From assembly GCF_009914755.1 (NCBI RefSeq), contig NC_060925.1: a stretch of DNA of 64,000 bases; one strand, 5' to 3'. Within the stretch, counting starts at the first letter, position 1. Every line of letters starts with the position of its first letter. The notes beneath the pieces are model-generated. The model did no database searches and was not told where the DNA came from. It saw nothing but the letters and a program-made list of their open reading frames with translations. A program made the translations under genes and the position numbers. The stretch is from the human T2T-CHM13v2.0 reference genome, Homo sapiens. Shown in pieces: positions 1-11,780 of this stretch.

Positions 1-514
1 GGCTCATCCCCAGAATAGCACAAAGAGTGGTTCAAACAAACCATTGTGGTAGGTCTATGGTGTACTTATCACTCTGGAAGCGGAACACCTGCCTACAGGC
101 TACAGAAAGGGCCCTAAGTTAGAACCTTTAAAACCCACCCACCCATCTCTTCAGTGTCCACTTCCAGCTCAGCAGTCAGTGTGGAGAGCGCACATGTCAA
201 CAGACCAAATAGGCCCTAGCTGGCTGGGTCAGCCCGTGAATTTTCCTAGAAGCCTATCTGCCACATCACAGCTGCCAGTACTGGTTGTACAATTCTTTGG
301 CTTTCATCCAAGCAATAGTTAATGATCTGAGATTAGGGATTTTTTCCAAGACATTCAGATGCACCATTGTTCATGTCTCACAGGGTGCCTAAACTTAAGA
401 GCAGTTGTGAAAATAAGTGCTCAAACTTTTAGTAACTCATATCTACCTAGGAGATAGATAGTGACTTTGAAATAAGCTTTTACTTTTCTTAATGTACTAT
501 TGACTCTGCTCTCT

Positions 515-600
515 TGTGAAGATTTGAGTTCAAGTTCAGATTCTGCCACTTATCTATGGATCACTACTCAGAAAATCACTTAACTTTTTGATCCTTATTT
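515..600 (+). mobile_element. MIR SINE fragment
   Basis: gagttcaagttcagattctgccacttat...aaatcacttaacttt resembles the MIR core. Confidence 0.5.
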
Positions 601-999
601 ATTCATTCATTTCTTTATTCACAGTTATATTAATATTAGACATTTACTAGTTTTGAACCAAATACTTGAGACTATATTATTCAATCTAGTATATTAGTTG
701 CTATTTTAAAAAATCACTCCAGCTGCATAAGTAGCACTCTAGCTCGTATTATATTAAATATTTTATTTTAATTGAATCAACTGATTAATTCATCTAAGAC
801 AAGTTTCATTTTCTATTAATTTGCCCTCTACTCATCTTCAATATATTGGATCATTCTTTTAGCATAATTAATTAAGCCAACCTATTGTTTTTATTTTAGA
901 CACAAACATATAGAATGAAATAAACCTTGGAGTATTCTATAGGCAAGGATCTGTCTTCAGTCCTGTGAACTCACATTCACTTTTAATTAAGTCCTTGGC

Positions 1000-1360
1000 A
1001 TTTAAATGTATGTCCCTCCCTAGAACAGTGATTCTCTAAGTGTGGTCCCTGAACTATCGACATCAACAGCATCTAGGAACTTGCTGGAAATATAAAATCT
1101 CACCTCCCCCAAGCCCCTGGAAACCAGACCTATTAAATCAGAAACTTTGGTGGTGGGGCCAGGTTAGTGATATGTATTTTAACAAGTCTTCTAGGTTGAT
1201 CTGATGCATGTTAAAGTTAGAAAACCACTGGCCTAGAATATAAGTGGCATGAGGCCTGAGGTCATGTCTCTTACTCACCAATGAATTCCCCAGTGCCTAG
1301 AAAAGTGCTTACATGTCATAGATACAGAATAAATAGTCACTGAATAAGTAAATAAATAAA
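1000..1360 (+). mobile_element. L2 LINE 3' end, split by MER5A
   Basis: ccctccctagaa|...|tataag...ccccagtgcctagaaaagtgc...aataaatag..tgaataa matches the L2 3' terminus. Confidence 0.6.
1026..1230 (+). mobile_element. MER5A (hAT-Charlie MITE)
   Basis: Termini cagtgattctc...aaaaccactg; internal gtgtggtccc, cagacctattaaatcagaaact; 8-bp TSD ccctagaa (1018-1025)/gcctagaa (1231-1238). Confidence 0.85.
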
Positions 1361-1399
1361 CATGCTTTTATCAATATATTGGAAAGAGGATTATGAGGA

Positions 1400-1800
1400 C
1401 TAGCTCACAACTAGCAAACAAGAATAGGAGAGATAACAAACATAAACGACGATAATGTCAGAATCCAGAATGTTCTTAAAGCATGGTTTGATAGATCCAG
1501 TAAGAATAAATTTACCATGAGTGACATCAATTTTTGTATATTTGGATAAAAAATGCTTCTGCACTAATATATACTATGAATATATGATTTGATATAATAT
1601 GAAAAAAATGAATTGGATTTTAACTTAAAATTCATTTGACATGAGTAAATAGTGGGTATAGCTGGAAGAAAACATGCTGATGTAATCTCTAGCTGCATTC
1701 TAAGAAGTGTGATATTCTATCTTGAACAAGGAAGGCTCCAATCCTCACTATACTGGTCAGACTTCACTTGAACTATTGAGTTCATTTCTGAGAGGAGAAA
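1400..1800 (+). mobile_element. L3/CR1 LINE ORF2 3' fragment
   Basis: actggtcagacttcacttgaactattgagttcatttctg resembles the CR1 LVRPHLEYCVQFW-coding segment; preceded by gctgcattctaagaagt. Confidence 0.6.
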
Positions 1801-1859
1801 CACACTAAAAGCATTAAAAGGGGAAATAACTATGATCCATCCATTTATGTTTTTTTAAA

Positions 1860-1990
1860 AAATAAATAAACGAAAACACTAGTAACTGGGACTAAACACT
1901 CAGAATACAAGCAGGAAAAAGACACAGTCACTGATTTTAAGGAGCTCACATATGACAGAGGAGCCAGGCACCTGTGACATATATGAAGCA
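1860..1990 (-). mobile_element. L2 fragment
   Basis: gacacagtcactgattttaaggagctcaca is the antisense L2 3' signature. Confidence 0.45.
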
Positions 1991-2089
1991 TGGAGCTCTC
2001 ATCAGGTAGCGTGACTGCTATAGGGAAGGCTTGGTCAACAGGCTCTGTGGGTCAGGAAATTTACTGGTCTGAAAAACAATGTTCTTTCA

Positions 2090-2405
2090 GGCACAGTTTT
2101 AAAAATTGGAAATCTCCAGCCTAGAGAAAGTAGGCAAAGTAATAGCTGTCATAAAATATTTGAAGTGCTGTCATAAAGGTTCCAAGTAGCACATAGGATT
2201 GCGATGGACATAACTCTGGGAAGATAGAAAGTTTGACATAAGAAAAAACTTTCAAAAACTGAAAACTGCCAAAACTTGGAAAGAATTTCTTGAGGGAGAA
2301 AAAGGGAACATAAGCTAGAGACTACGCTAAGGAAGAATTTAGCTTTGGAAAGTGATTGGAGTTTATAACTTTTATGTTCCCCTTTACTTGGAGATTCTAT
2401 ATAAT
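2090..2405 (+). mobile_element. L3/CR1 (or MIR3) 3' end
   Basis: atagctgtcataaaatatttgaag...ataagaaaaaactttc...ttcccctttacttggagattctatataatt. Confidence 0.5.
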
Positions 2406-2559
2406 TTACTGTGTTTCTAGTTAGGACAGAGAGAAAACTAATTGGTTTCGTTTTCTTCCAGTTTATTTTAAAGGCAAATATCTTTTAAATGTCTTTAGTT
2501 TTATTTAACCCAGAAGTCCTTTGACTTAGGGTTTATTTAACCTAGAAGTCCCAAATTCA

Positions 2560-3100
2560 ATAGGTAGAGGACAAGCGAGTCATGTAAAATAGACATCCAG
2601 GTGACAAGAGAAGAGTGGAGAAGGGTGAAGAGTGGAACTGGAGTATAGATCAAAACTTCAGGGTGGAAGGAAGCAAAATCTATCCATAACTCGGGGACAA
2701 ATCTAGGAGAATGTGGACAGCCAGGCAAAGAAATATAGTTTGACATCAGAGGGGACTACTGGAGTTTCTTCAGTATAGGATGATGTGATGAAATCAGCAT
2801 TTTAGGAAGACTAGGCTGTCAGTTAAGTACTGTGAGGATTCAACTATTAAATAGGAGCCAGATGTGAAGTTTAGAAAGTAAAGGTGGAAAAAGAGGGCAA
2901 TACATGACCCATTGACAAACAAGGTTCATCAGGACTTGTTCACTGACTGCAATTGCAGTTGAAAAAAAAAGGAAGGATCCAAAATTATCGGACGATTTCA
3001 AGTCTGTGGACTAAGAGAATGGTGATACCATTGACAGAACAGAGGAGTTGGTAAGGTATTTTATGGAATCTAGATGCGAACATCCTGAAAGCATTTGAAA
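2560..3100 (-). mobile_element. L2 fragment
   Basis: cagcattttaggaagact, aggacttgttcactgactg, gactaagagaatggtgataccattgacaga are typical of antisense L2. Confidence 0.55.
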
Positions 3101-3649
3101 AGTTTCCGTGTCATTTCCTTCCTGATGATTTCCTCTTAGATTAGGAGAGATGCATTCCTGAAGAGAATGATTCAGAGATGTGCAGAGTTATAGCCCTAGT
3201 GAGTGAAAAGCTTTTCTTCCATTTCATTTCTATTGTCTGAAGAGACAATCATTAAACTACCTTAGCTTCTTATCACTTCATCTTTTGTTAACTTTCTATT
3301 TATTCTTTTAAATTAATAACAGCAAAATAATTTTTTGACGTTTTTAGATGTTGTCACTATTTCATTGTTGTTTGCAGCAAGTCATGCACTGGTTTTCAAA
3401 GTGAGTAAGTTTCTTTAAGGTCTTTAAAATTACATTATAATATTGTTTAGTTTTTTGTATATTAAATTTGTATATTAAAAATAATACTCTATGTTAAAGA
3501 GAATGTGGTATAATGGTATTTCTCTTACATGACCAGTCACTTCTTTCACAAAATATTTAATATGAAGAATTTCCTTCGTGTATAAAAGAAAATCACATAT
3601 ACTGTTAGCAATTTTCAAGTAATGGACAATCTTATCTCTTCCCTACCTA

Positions 3650-4215
3650 CTTAGCCCCTATCTCAAATTATTTTAAAGAAAATTCTATACAGCATATTAT
3701 CTCTAAACATTTCAGTATGCATCTATAAAAGATATGAAATCATTTGAAAATATAATCACGAAGTCATATTGCATCTAACAAAATTAAAATTCCAAAATAT
3801 CATGAATACCCAGCTATCTTATAGTTCTATAATATATTTTTTGCTTCTAAATCCAAATTAGGTCTATACATTGTATTTTATTGGGATATTTCCTAAATAT
3901 TTTAAAATCTATATATACTCCTCTGATATCTCTATTCCTTTTTTCTTTTGGTTAAAGGGACTGTATTTTGTCCTATAGAATTCTTCACAGTCTGAATTTT
4001 TCTGATTGCATCACCCATGGGTGTCATTCTACCGTTGTCTCTTTCCTCTATATTTCATTTAAGTTATTAGACAGTTGGAGTAGTTAAATCAGTGTCAGGT
4101 TCAATTTTCTTTCAGGCAAAATTACTTCTTAGGTGGTGTTTTGCCCCATTAGAAGATACATGATGTCTGGTTGTCCCTCTCTTTGTGAAGTTAGCAGCCT
4201 TTGATGATTATTTTC
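3650..4215 (-). mobile_element. Old L1 (L1MC-type) 3' region
   Basis: tcctatagaattcttcacagtctgaattt..., aggcaaaattacttcttaggtggtg, atgatgtctggttgtccc resemble antisense L1MC4/5 3' UTR. Confidence 0.6.
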
Positions 4216-6396
4216 ATAGTGTAAATTTTTACACAAGACATTATTCACAAAGACAATGCTAAACATTTTCAGCACCTACATTGCTTTCATGGAGCTTTGA
4301 AAGAATTACCAATAATTTCAACTCTTCCTTATTTATCTCTTATAACATATTTTTGTGTCCTAAATAATTCATTTAACAAGTAATTTAAGAATAAAAATTT
4401 TTTTAATAATATAAAAGTTAGAAAACAGTATTTGGTTATTTGAATAATTATATACAGTAGGTGTGCAGTTTCACAGAGCTCATTTACCTGTAAGTATTTT
4501 CTGTTTCCTTTGTTTCTTCCATGTCATCAATTATTCCTTTAAATAAAGTCTTGCCATTTTTTGTCAAACTCATTCCACTGATGTTACAGACGGCGAATGT
4601 TCACTGACATTGGGAAGGCTGAAAGTTCTAATTTGCTTATTTATGTTTTAGTTTTCTACAGTGATCAAGCTGCCCTGCTGGGTTTTCTAGGTCGTTGATA
4701 ACCTCAGTCCACACTTTGGAAATAAGAATCTCTTATTTCATATTCAATATTTTGTTTCCTAATATAATTTTATTTAAAATTTATACATAATTTTGACAAC
4801 CAAAGTTTAATAATTTATATGTTCATAATAAGATAAGAATGTGACTTAAATTTTTGTTTTCATATTTCTTTGACTACCAATACACTTGGCTTATATTTGG
4901 CTCATATTCATTAAAAATGCCACTTCCATATAACTTCCTGCATTTTAAACATTTATTTGCTCTTTATCTCTGCATAGGTAAAGTACATACTTTTAGGTTC
5001 TTATATTGCTCATTTATGGAGCTTTTAAGGCAAACACATTCACTCCCCTCTCATTTTCTTTCCATGGTTATATCATTCTGACTAAAATTGCTGGTAAGAA
5101 AAGCATGGGCTAGCATGATAAGCCCTGGAAAAATAAAACTGTTTTTTCTTAATCATTTGAGAACTGGCCAAGGATTCTAAAATTAAAGAAACAAATAAAT
5201 CAGACAAATAAACTCCAGCAAATATTTATATTTGGAAACAATTTCTTTTAAAAATATTAATACTGCATTGCTCTGTTTTTAAATTGACCTTTCTCTCTAA
5301 TCAGGCTCCATTTAATCGTAAAAAGAGGAAAAAAGAAGAATTATCAGGCCATTCAGTGACCTTTAGAAATATCTATTCACCTCCTGTAACCTTTATAATT
5401 TATTGCTTTTTGTTGTTGTTTTTGTTGTTTCATGAGGTGTGAGAGCAGGAGAAGGTCTGTCTGAAGAAATGAGGCAGACTGAAGATGACAAATTATTATG
5501 TCAGAGAGAGAGCTCAAATAAGAAACACCATCATAGAATGGCCAGATGGTCTGGATAATGACACTGTATATACCCAAAGAAAACCACAGCTGTTTATAAA
5601 TGTATCTGTTGACAAATGTTCATTTTGAATGGAAACCTACTCCAATGAACCAATGAGACTATTTAATTGAAGTTTAATATGAAAGAGGAAGAAATTTAAT
5701 AATAGAACAGAACTTTAAAGAACTATCAGCTTTCAGCTCAGCACGCACCCTAGTTCCTTGAATGTATTTTTATTATATGCTAGTTAGGGCTAATTATAAC
5801 CAAATGTTTGAGTATATATTCCATGTACTTGGTCTCAACATCGTATTTGTGTCCCATGTGGTAAAGAGTTTTCCACTCAAAACTTTAATTACTCTTATGC
5901 ATGTGCGTGAGTGGACAGGATGTATGTATCTATGGAAATTAATAGGCCTTTGAGTCTTGTCCTGATTCCCAAGGAATAACTTATACCCACAGGAAGCCAT
6001 CAACTGCTGCCTTTTCTCTAAGATAATAAAATGCCCTCATCTGTCTCATAGAAGCAGGGCCACATGTTGTTTTTGGAATTCACAAAATTCTTCAAGACCT
6101 ATAGCTTTAATGACTTTAAAAACAAGGGTTTATTCCCATAAAGCCTCACTCTTTCCTGTACATAGACCAGGCAGATCTGCCAATTTTTCAGCATGATCAG
6201 AAAATTCTAGAGCTGAAAGAATATCTGAAGTTCTGTTGATTTAGCCCCCATGTTTCTAGCCAGGTGAATGATTTCCAAGACATATATCACTGATGTAGTT
6301 ACAGATGTAATTGGTGCAGTGAGCACACGAGATGTTTTTACTCAACTAATTCTTCTCTGAGGAAAATAGAAATTATATTCACTTAAACAACACATT

Positions 6397-6544
6397 TAAC
6401 TCAAAGGATAAATGCTTGAGGGGATGGATACTCCCTTCTCCATGATGTGTTTATTTCACATTGCCTGCCTGTATCAAAACATCTCATGTATCCCATAAAT
6501 ATACACACCTATGTACCCACAAAAATTAAAAAAAATAAAGAACC
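6397..6544 (+). mobile_element. L1MA1/2-type 3' end, 5'-truncated
   Basis: aaaggataaatgcttgaggggatggata...tgtacccacaaaaattaaaaa; 12-bp TSD aaacaacacatt at 6385-6396 and 6545-6556. Confidence 0.85.
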
Positions 6545-6671
6545 AAACAACACATTAATGTGATTTTCCACACAATTGAACAGAATAAAGCATTTATATA
6601 GTAGAAAAATAGTAGCGAATTATCACTTTTCTGCTTAGATTATTTCTTGCTTTGAGATGAGTTTTCTGTTG

Positions 6672-6998
6672 TTATCATCGCTGCTCAACGCTAACAGAAG
6701 CTCCTGTGTTGGTGTTTGTTAATCTCCCGCATTATGTGTATCGCTAATGTCCTACCTTGAAAATTTTCCCATCACTTTTCTGTTCAATGAAAATATTTTT
6801 TTCCATGAATCTCAACCAACTTGTGATAAATTTTGCAATGGAACTTTTCCATTGTTAAACATTGAATAATTCTAAACACATTTAAGATAGCAGCCATTTT
6901 TAACCAAAGATTCTCCAAGTCACAAATGGTTACGGCTGATCCCCCTAGCAGTGTGTGTTTGCCCAGATAATCTGAAATCACTAATGAATATCTCTAGT
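6672..6998 (+). mobile_element. Putative ancient non-autonomous DNA element (Crypton/Eulor-like)
   Basis: Starts TTA, subterminal inverted pair CGCTGCT/AGCAGTG, ends CTAGT, internal gcagccattttt, several retained CpGs; family assignment is inference. Confidence 0.35.
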
Positions 6999-8109
6999 AC
7001 ATGCAGAGATTTCAGTAACAGACTGTGTAAACTTAGATTTTAAATAAATGTCAGTTTTATTCTACAAACTACCTTCATCGGTTCTCCTTTGGTTTGTCCA
7101 CATGTCTCAGTGTTTTTTGGACTAGATAAACTTTTCTGTTACAATTCTTAAGCCTCTACCTTACAGTATGCAGGGTAGTTGAAGCACCTCTTTTAATTTT
7201 ACTGTTAATTTTATAGGTAAATTAAATTATTGCTTATTTTTCTTCTTCAGGTGATGTAAAACAAATATTAATTTTCCCATTGACTGCTCATATAAAGTCT
7301 TTATTGTGTTTGGAGGAAAATTTTTCCATTGGATCAGTTTCCTCAACTCTTCAGTTTGTCTTGGCTATGAGGCACAGAAACATTAGCTCAGTTAAAATTA
7401 AAACCCTTAATGTAATGCTAATTCTACCAGGTAACTAAATGGTTTGTACATAAAAGACACTCCAGTCATTTCAGAGCAATTTATGTCAACTCATGCCTAA
7501 TGCATGTCAGTGTATTTGTGAAAGTTTCTTGATATGGATGCCATTGCCACAGTTCCCGTTGGGAGCATAAACAAATAACAACAAAGATTATTGTTAATTA
7601 ACAACAATTTACAACAAGAAAGAAGATTTTATTGTTTTTAGAGTCCTACAAGTGCAATAACCACAGTTCTCATTCCTCCTTATCCCTTTGGTGTTTTCAA
7701 TTCCACTTGGAACTCATTATCTCAACAAAGTCACTTGGACATGTTGGCCCCTTTGATAACTACAGGAGACCAAAACATATTCTAACTGAAAAAGTGAAAA
7801 TTTCTTTTTGAATCATCTGGCTGTTTTGTCAAAATGATGCCAAACATCTGGATATTTGGGATGCCTCCAGATGATTGACTGAATTTTTCATTTTCAACCA
7901 ACATGGTTTCTGGTGTCGTGGAAACACAGCATCAGGTTTTGTTTACACAGTGGCCCTAAGCCAATTGCTAAAGAGTAAACTGGTGCCTACCCACATGAGC
8001 TGTCTGTCTGATAAGAGGGAACATCTGCTATTAGTTACGTCTTTGTTTTGTACCCTAAGAGGGTTGTGGGAGGTGGAGGGGTTGGCTAGTGATAGTGAAA
8101 GGTAAGATC

Positions 8110-8960
8110 AAAGATGAAAAAAGATTCTAGATCTTGAAAGACCTTCAAAACTATGTAAAGGAATTCAGACTTTTTTCTGAGGGAATATTAGAGAACCATT
8201 GAAGCGCTATACATGGAGATCTAAAGTGTTTACTCTTGATTTAAGAAATAGTCACTTATTCACAGGTTACCAACTTGATTGGAGTCAAGGTAACTAGAAG
8301 TAGTAAATAGGCTATAAAAAGTCTATTGCAGTAATCCAGATGAAAAACTGACTATAGTATTGGCAGTGGTGATAGAGATACATTGAAGAAATATACCTTA
8401 TGTAAATTACTATGCAGTAATATACCTTACGTAATCAGAAATATACCTTATGTAAATTACTATGCAAGTCTGTATAGGACAGAATGAAAGGGAAAGCAAC
8501 TGGAAAATGAAATATCAGTTTGAAGAAAATTATAATGGACTACATGAGAAGTAAGGCCTAAATAAGGGCAATGACTGTGGGTATGGAGGAGTAAATGGAT
8601 ATGAGAGAGGTGGAAGAGCTAGAATGTCTAGAATTCAGAAGGATTTGCCTGAAGTTTAAGGATGAATGTGTATTCAAAGGCTAGTGAGGTTTCAAGACAG
8701 GGTGACTGAGAAGACAATACCAACAACAACCAAAAAAATAAGGAATTCAGGAAGTCTAGGTTTGATGAAAGGGAGTTCACCTTGAGATGTTGGTGACAGC
8801 TAGATACAGCTCAGTGGAGATATTTTGCAAGTGGTTTTAAAATGCATAACTAGAGGTTAAGTGTGAGGTTGGGACCAGGTATGTAGATTTGAAAACAGAA
8901 AAGTAAGTAAAATTTTCAAGAAGAGAAGAGGGTGGAAGAGCTACTATTATGCCATAGGAG
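8110..8960 (-). mobile_element. L2 fragments
   Basis: aggaattcagactttt, ctattgcagtaatccagatga, aataagggcaatgactgtggg, aggtttcaagacagggtgactg. Confidence 0.55.
8387..8466. repeat. Perfect 30-bp direct repeat with a partial third copy in the spacer
   Basis: agaaatataccttatgtaaattactatgca at 8387-8416 and 8437-8466; spacer contains aatataccttacgtaa. Confidence 0.95.
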
Positions 8961-10689
8961 AGAAATGATTAAACAAATCAGGGGATAGAAAATGATTAAT
9001 CCTCAAGAAAGAAGGAAAAAGAAAAATAAGAGAGGCCAATGTCACTTGAGCCATGTAGCACGCCCTTCTGTGTCTGTGCGCCTCCACCATGTATATTCCC
9101 CGGGCATAGAACTCCTCAGAATTTTTCTACTCACCTGAGATGACAATTTGTAAAGGAAAAGAAGACTCTTGGGTTGTGATAAAATATATTTATTTTCTTT
9201 TTGTTTTCCAAACACCAGACTGGCTCTGGATCTTAAAAGCAATTATTATGACAATGAAACAGACTGTAACTATAGCTCCTCCATACCTCTCTCTGTGATT
9301 CGTGCTACACAGGGAAAGTTCTTTGCTTTACTTCTTAACTCTAGTACCTCCGGTTTATTTACTTGTGCCTTCGTTTGTCTTGTGTCTTCATCCTAGTGAC
9401 TTAACTATACATTGATCGAGTTGTTCTGAGTTGAATCCAACAAGACTTCAGTCTAACTGCTTCGATCTCTACCTTTCTGTCTGAGCTCAGAGGGTCTGAC
9501 TCTTATGACTATGGATTTGGTGATAGACTCACACTGCCTATCCCCATATGATAATCAGCGACTATTCCCCATCTCTGACCCTCCACTGACTTCCAGTGGC
9601 CACTGGCTCCATCACTCCATTTAGAATGCAGAATTGACACCTTTAATTCAAATATATTTAGTTCAGGCCCCAAGGGGCAAGAAAAGTTCAGCAAGGGAAT
9701 AAGTGAAATACTGCAGAGAGGCTGAGAAGGATAATAGAGAAAGGATCATTGGATTTGGTAATGAATAATGGATATCTAAAGACAGTAGAGTGTTGCGAGC
9801 AGAATAAAGACTATTAAGAGATAAAGAAGAGTAGGTACCTCCATTTACAGAAATTAAATCTATGTCAGAAAGTGCTTATTTACAGTGAGTTTTCTTCAGC
9901 ATCTTATTTAACTCCTTTTATAAAAGTCTATAATGGAATTTCAAATCGAAGTGCTTTCTCTCTCTCTCTAATTATGTCCTTGTAGCCAGTGTATGGTTGA
10001 TGTTGACGGTACAATTTAAACTCCCAGCAGGAAAGTTCCCCACTGTTTAGTTTTTAACTTTCTCAGTGCTCCTTATATTCAACTACTTTTTAGAAAGTGA
10101 TTCCTGTTGGTATCAAATCCTCCCCAGCTGGTCTTTCCAGACATTTATTTGAGGCACCAACACAGATGAAAATAAAATACAGCTATGAGAAAAATAAAAT
10201 TGAGTTTATGGCAGGCTGTATTCAATAAACAAGGAGGAAAGCTAGCATGTTCCTTCCCTCTTATAGCAGTAACAATATTACTACAAACTCAAAAAGAACA
10301 ATCTTGAGGACAAATTCTCCCTTCTGCATTGGCTGTCTCACATTTCACTGGCATCGTGGAAGGTGGAAACTTGGTTTTAGGGCAAAAATCCAACTCAACT
10401 GGCCATAAGAAAGTCTCTGACCCAGAACACTTGAAATGTCCATGAGAGGTTCTTTGCCACCTCTGGTTGTCTTTGGGTATCTAAAAATACAGGGTTGCTT
10501 TGAAAATATCTAAGGCTTGGAAAGCACTTCTTATGTAATAGTTTTGGGTGAGAAATATGAGAACAGCTACATTCCAAGCTAATAGTCAGTGCTTTGGACT
10601 CATATAAAAAGAATCTTAACACAATTTCATTTTAGAGGATAATACAAGTAGTTTTGCAAGGTTTGGTTGATCATCTATTGCAGACAGTA

Positions 10690-11205
10690 TTTGCTGTCAA
10701 CCATTTATCTTATTCTTTCTCCCTTGAGGGCAGAGCCCTGGTTTTGTTCTGCTCCACCCTTTCCCCATAGGACTCAGTGGAGGATGCCCCTACCTAACTC
10801 CAGAGGTAGATCCTGGTTGGTATAAACCAGTCAAGGTAGGCCTTTCTCCATACTAGTGATGATTTATTGGAGGGCATATGATGCAGTTCTGGCCAATGAA
10901 ACGTAACAGGAGAGTTGTTGGGGGCTTCTGAGATACATGTTTCAGCTTCTGTTTTTGCCTCTGGGCATTGTTGGACCTAGATGTGATGCCTCCTCCAACC
11001 CCAAGGATAGCTTATCTGAAGATAAATCTGGCAAATACCCAAGTGAAGGATAGAAAGACCCTGCATCTCTGAATCGCCTTCAGCTAGTGAACACAATAAT
11101 GTTGAAACTCACCTTCCCTGTGGATGGCTGCCTCTAGGCAGTCATGCATTTTCTTCTTATTTATTGAATCAGATATTTTTAAACTGCAAACAAATGAATG
11201 ATAAC
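10690..11205 (+). mobile_element. ERVL-MaLR solo LTR (MLT1J/K-like)
   Basis: gggcatatgatgcagttctggccaatgaaacgt...ggggcttctg; ggacctagatgtgatgcct; degenerate ...aactgcaaacaaatg end. Confidence 0.6.
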
Positions 11206-11359
11206 TGTTTTGGGGTCTTCCATTTCAACATACATTATTGGACAGGGACAATAGACCAAGGTGTGATTTGCAGAATCTAGTAATTAATCATATTCAAAAG
11301 CGGAAATCATAAATTACTATCTTAAAATTACCTCAAATAATAGCAATTTCAATATGATC

Positions 11360-11510
11360 ATTACTATTATGTGTCAGTGTGTTAGGTGTTTGACATATCG
11401 TATCTCATTTGTTTTTCTTATTAATGTTGAACAGTATGTACCAATAATCCCCAGTTTTCAGATATGGGTCATAGACACTAAGCAACTTGTATAGGGACAC
11501 ACAGTGAGTA
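11360..11510 (-). mobile_element. MIR
   Basis: aatccccagttttcagatatggg...taagcaacttgtatagggacacacagtgagt. Confidence 0.6.
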
Positions 11511-11519
11511 TAACAATAA

Positions 11520-11780
11520 TAATAACTAATATTTATTTTGTACATATTATAATCTATATTCCAGGTAGTTTCTAAGCATTTTATATGCATAGCATTAACT
11601 TAGTAATTGTTACATCAACTCTATGAAGAAAATACTATTATTATTTTTCATGTTTTATAGGTTAGAAAGCTGAAGCTTGGAAAATGTCAGTAAATTTCCC
11701 AATGCCACATAACTAGTAAATGGCAATGTGAGATGCATGCCCCCAAGCATAACTTCAGAGCCTGCACACTTACTGCCTCT
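11520..11780 (-). mobile_element. MIR
   Basis: ctaagcattttatatgcat...caactctatgaag...gaaagctgaagcttgg...cccaatgccacataactagtaaatggca...cagagcctgcacact. Confidence 0.75.

Noticed and set aside
769-779. Isolated DUX consensus TAATTGAATCA
   Set aside because: Single AT-rich 11-mer in very AT-rich DNA, outside an LTR; plausible by chance
5742-5909. Inverted pair of GTGCGTG (XRE cores)
   Set aside because: Neither fits the full TNGCGTG consensus
8387-8466. CRISPR-like repeat-spacer-repeat
   Set aside because: Primate DNA, only two copies, and the spacer derives from the repeat itself
9081-9109. CCACCATG Kozak-like start
   Set aside because: ORF is only MYIPRA*; no promoter evidence
10030-10041. 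GGAAAGTTCCCC as an NF-kB site
   Set aside because: Spacing is one base off the canonical 10-mer and it is isolated
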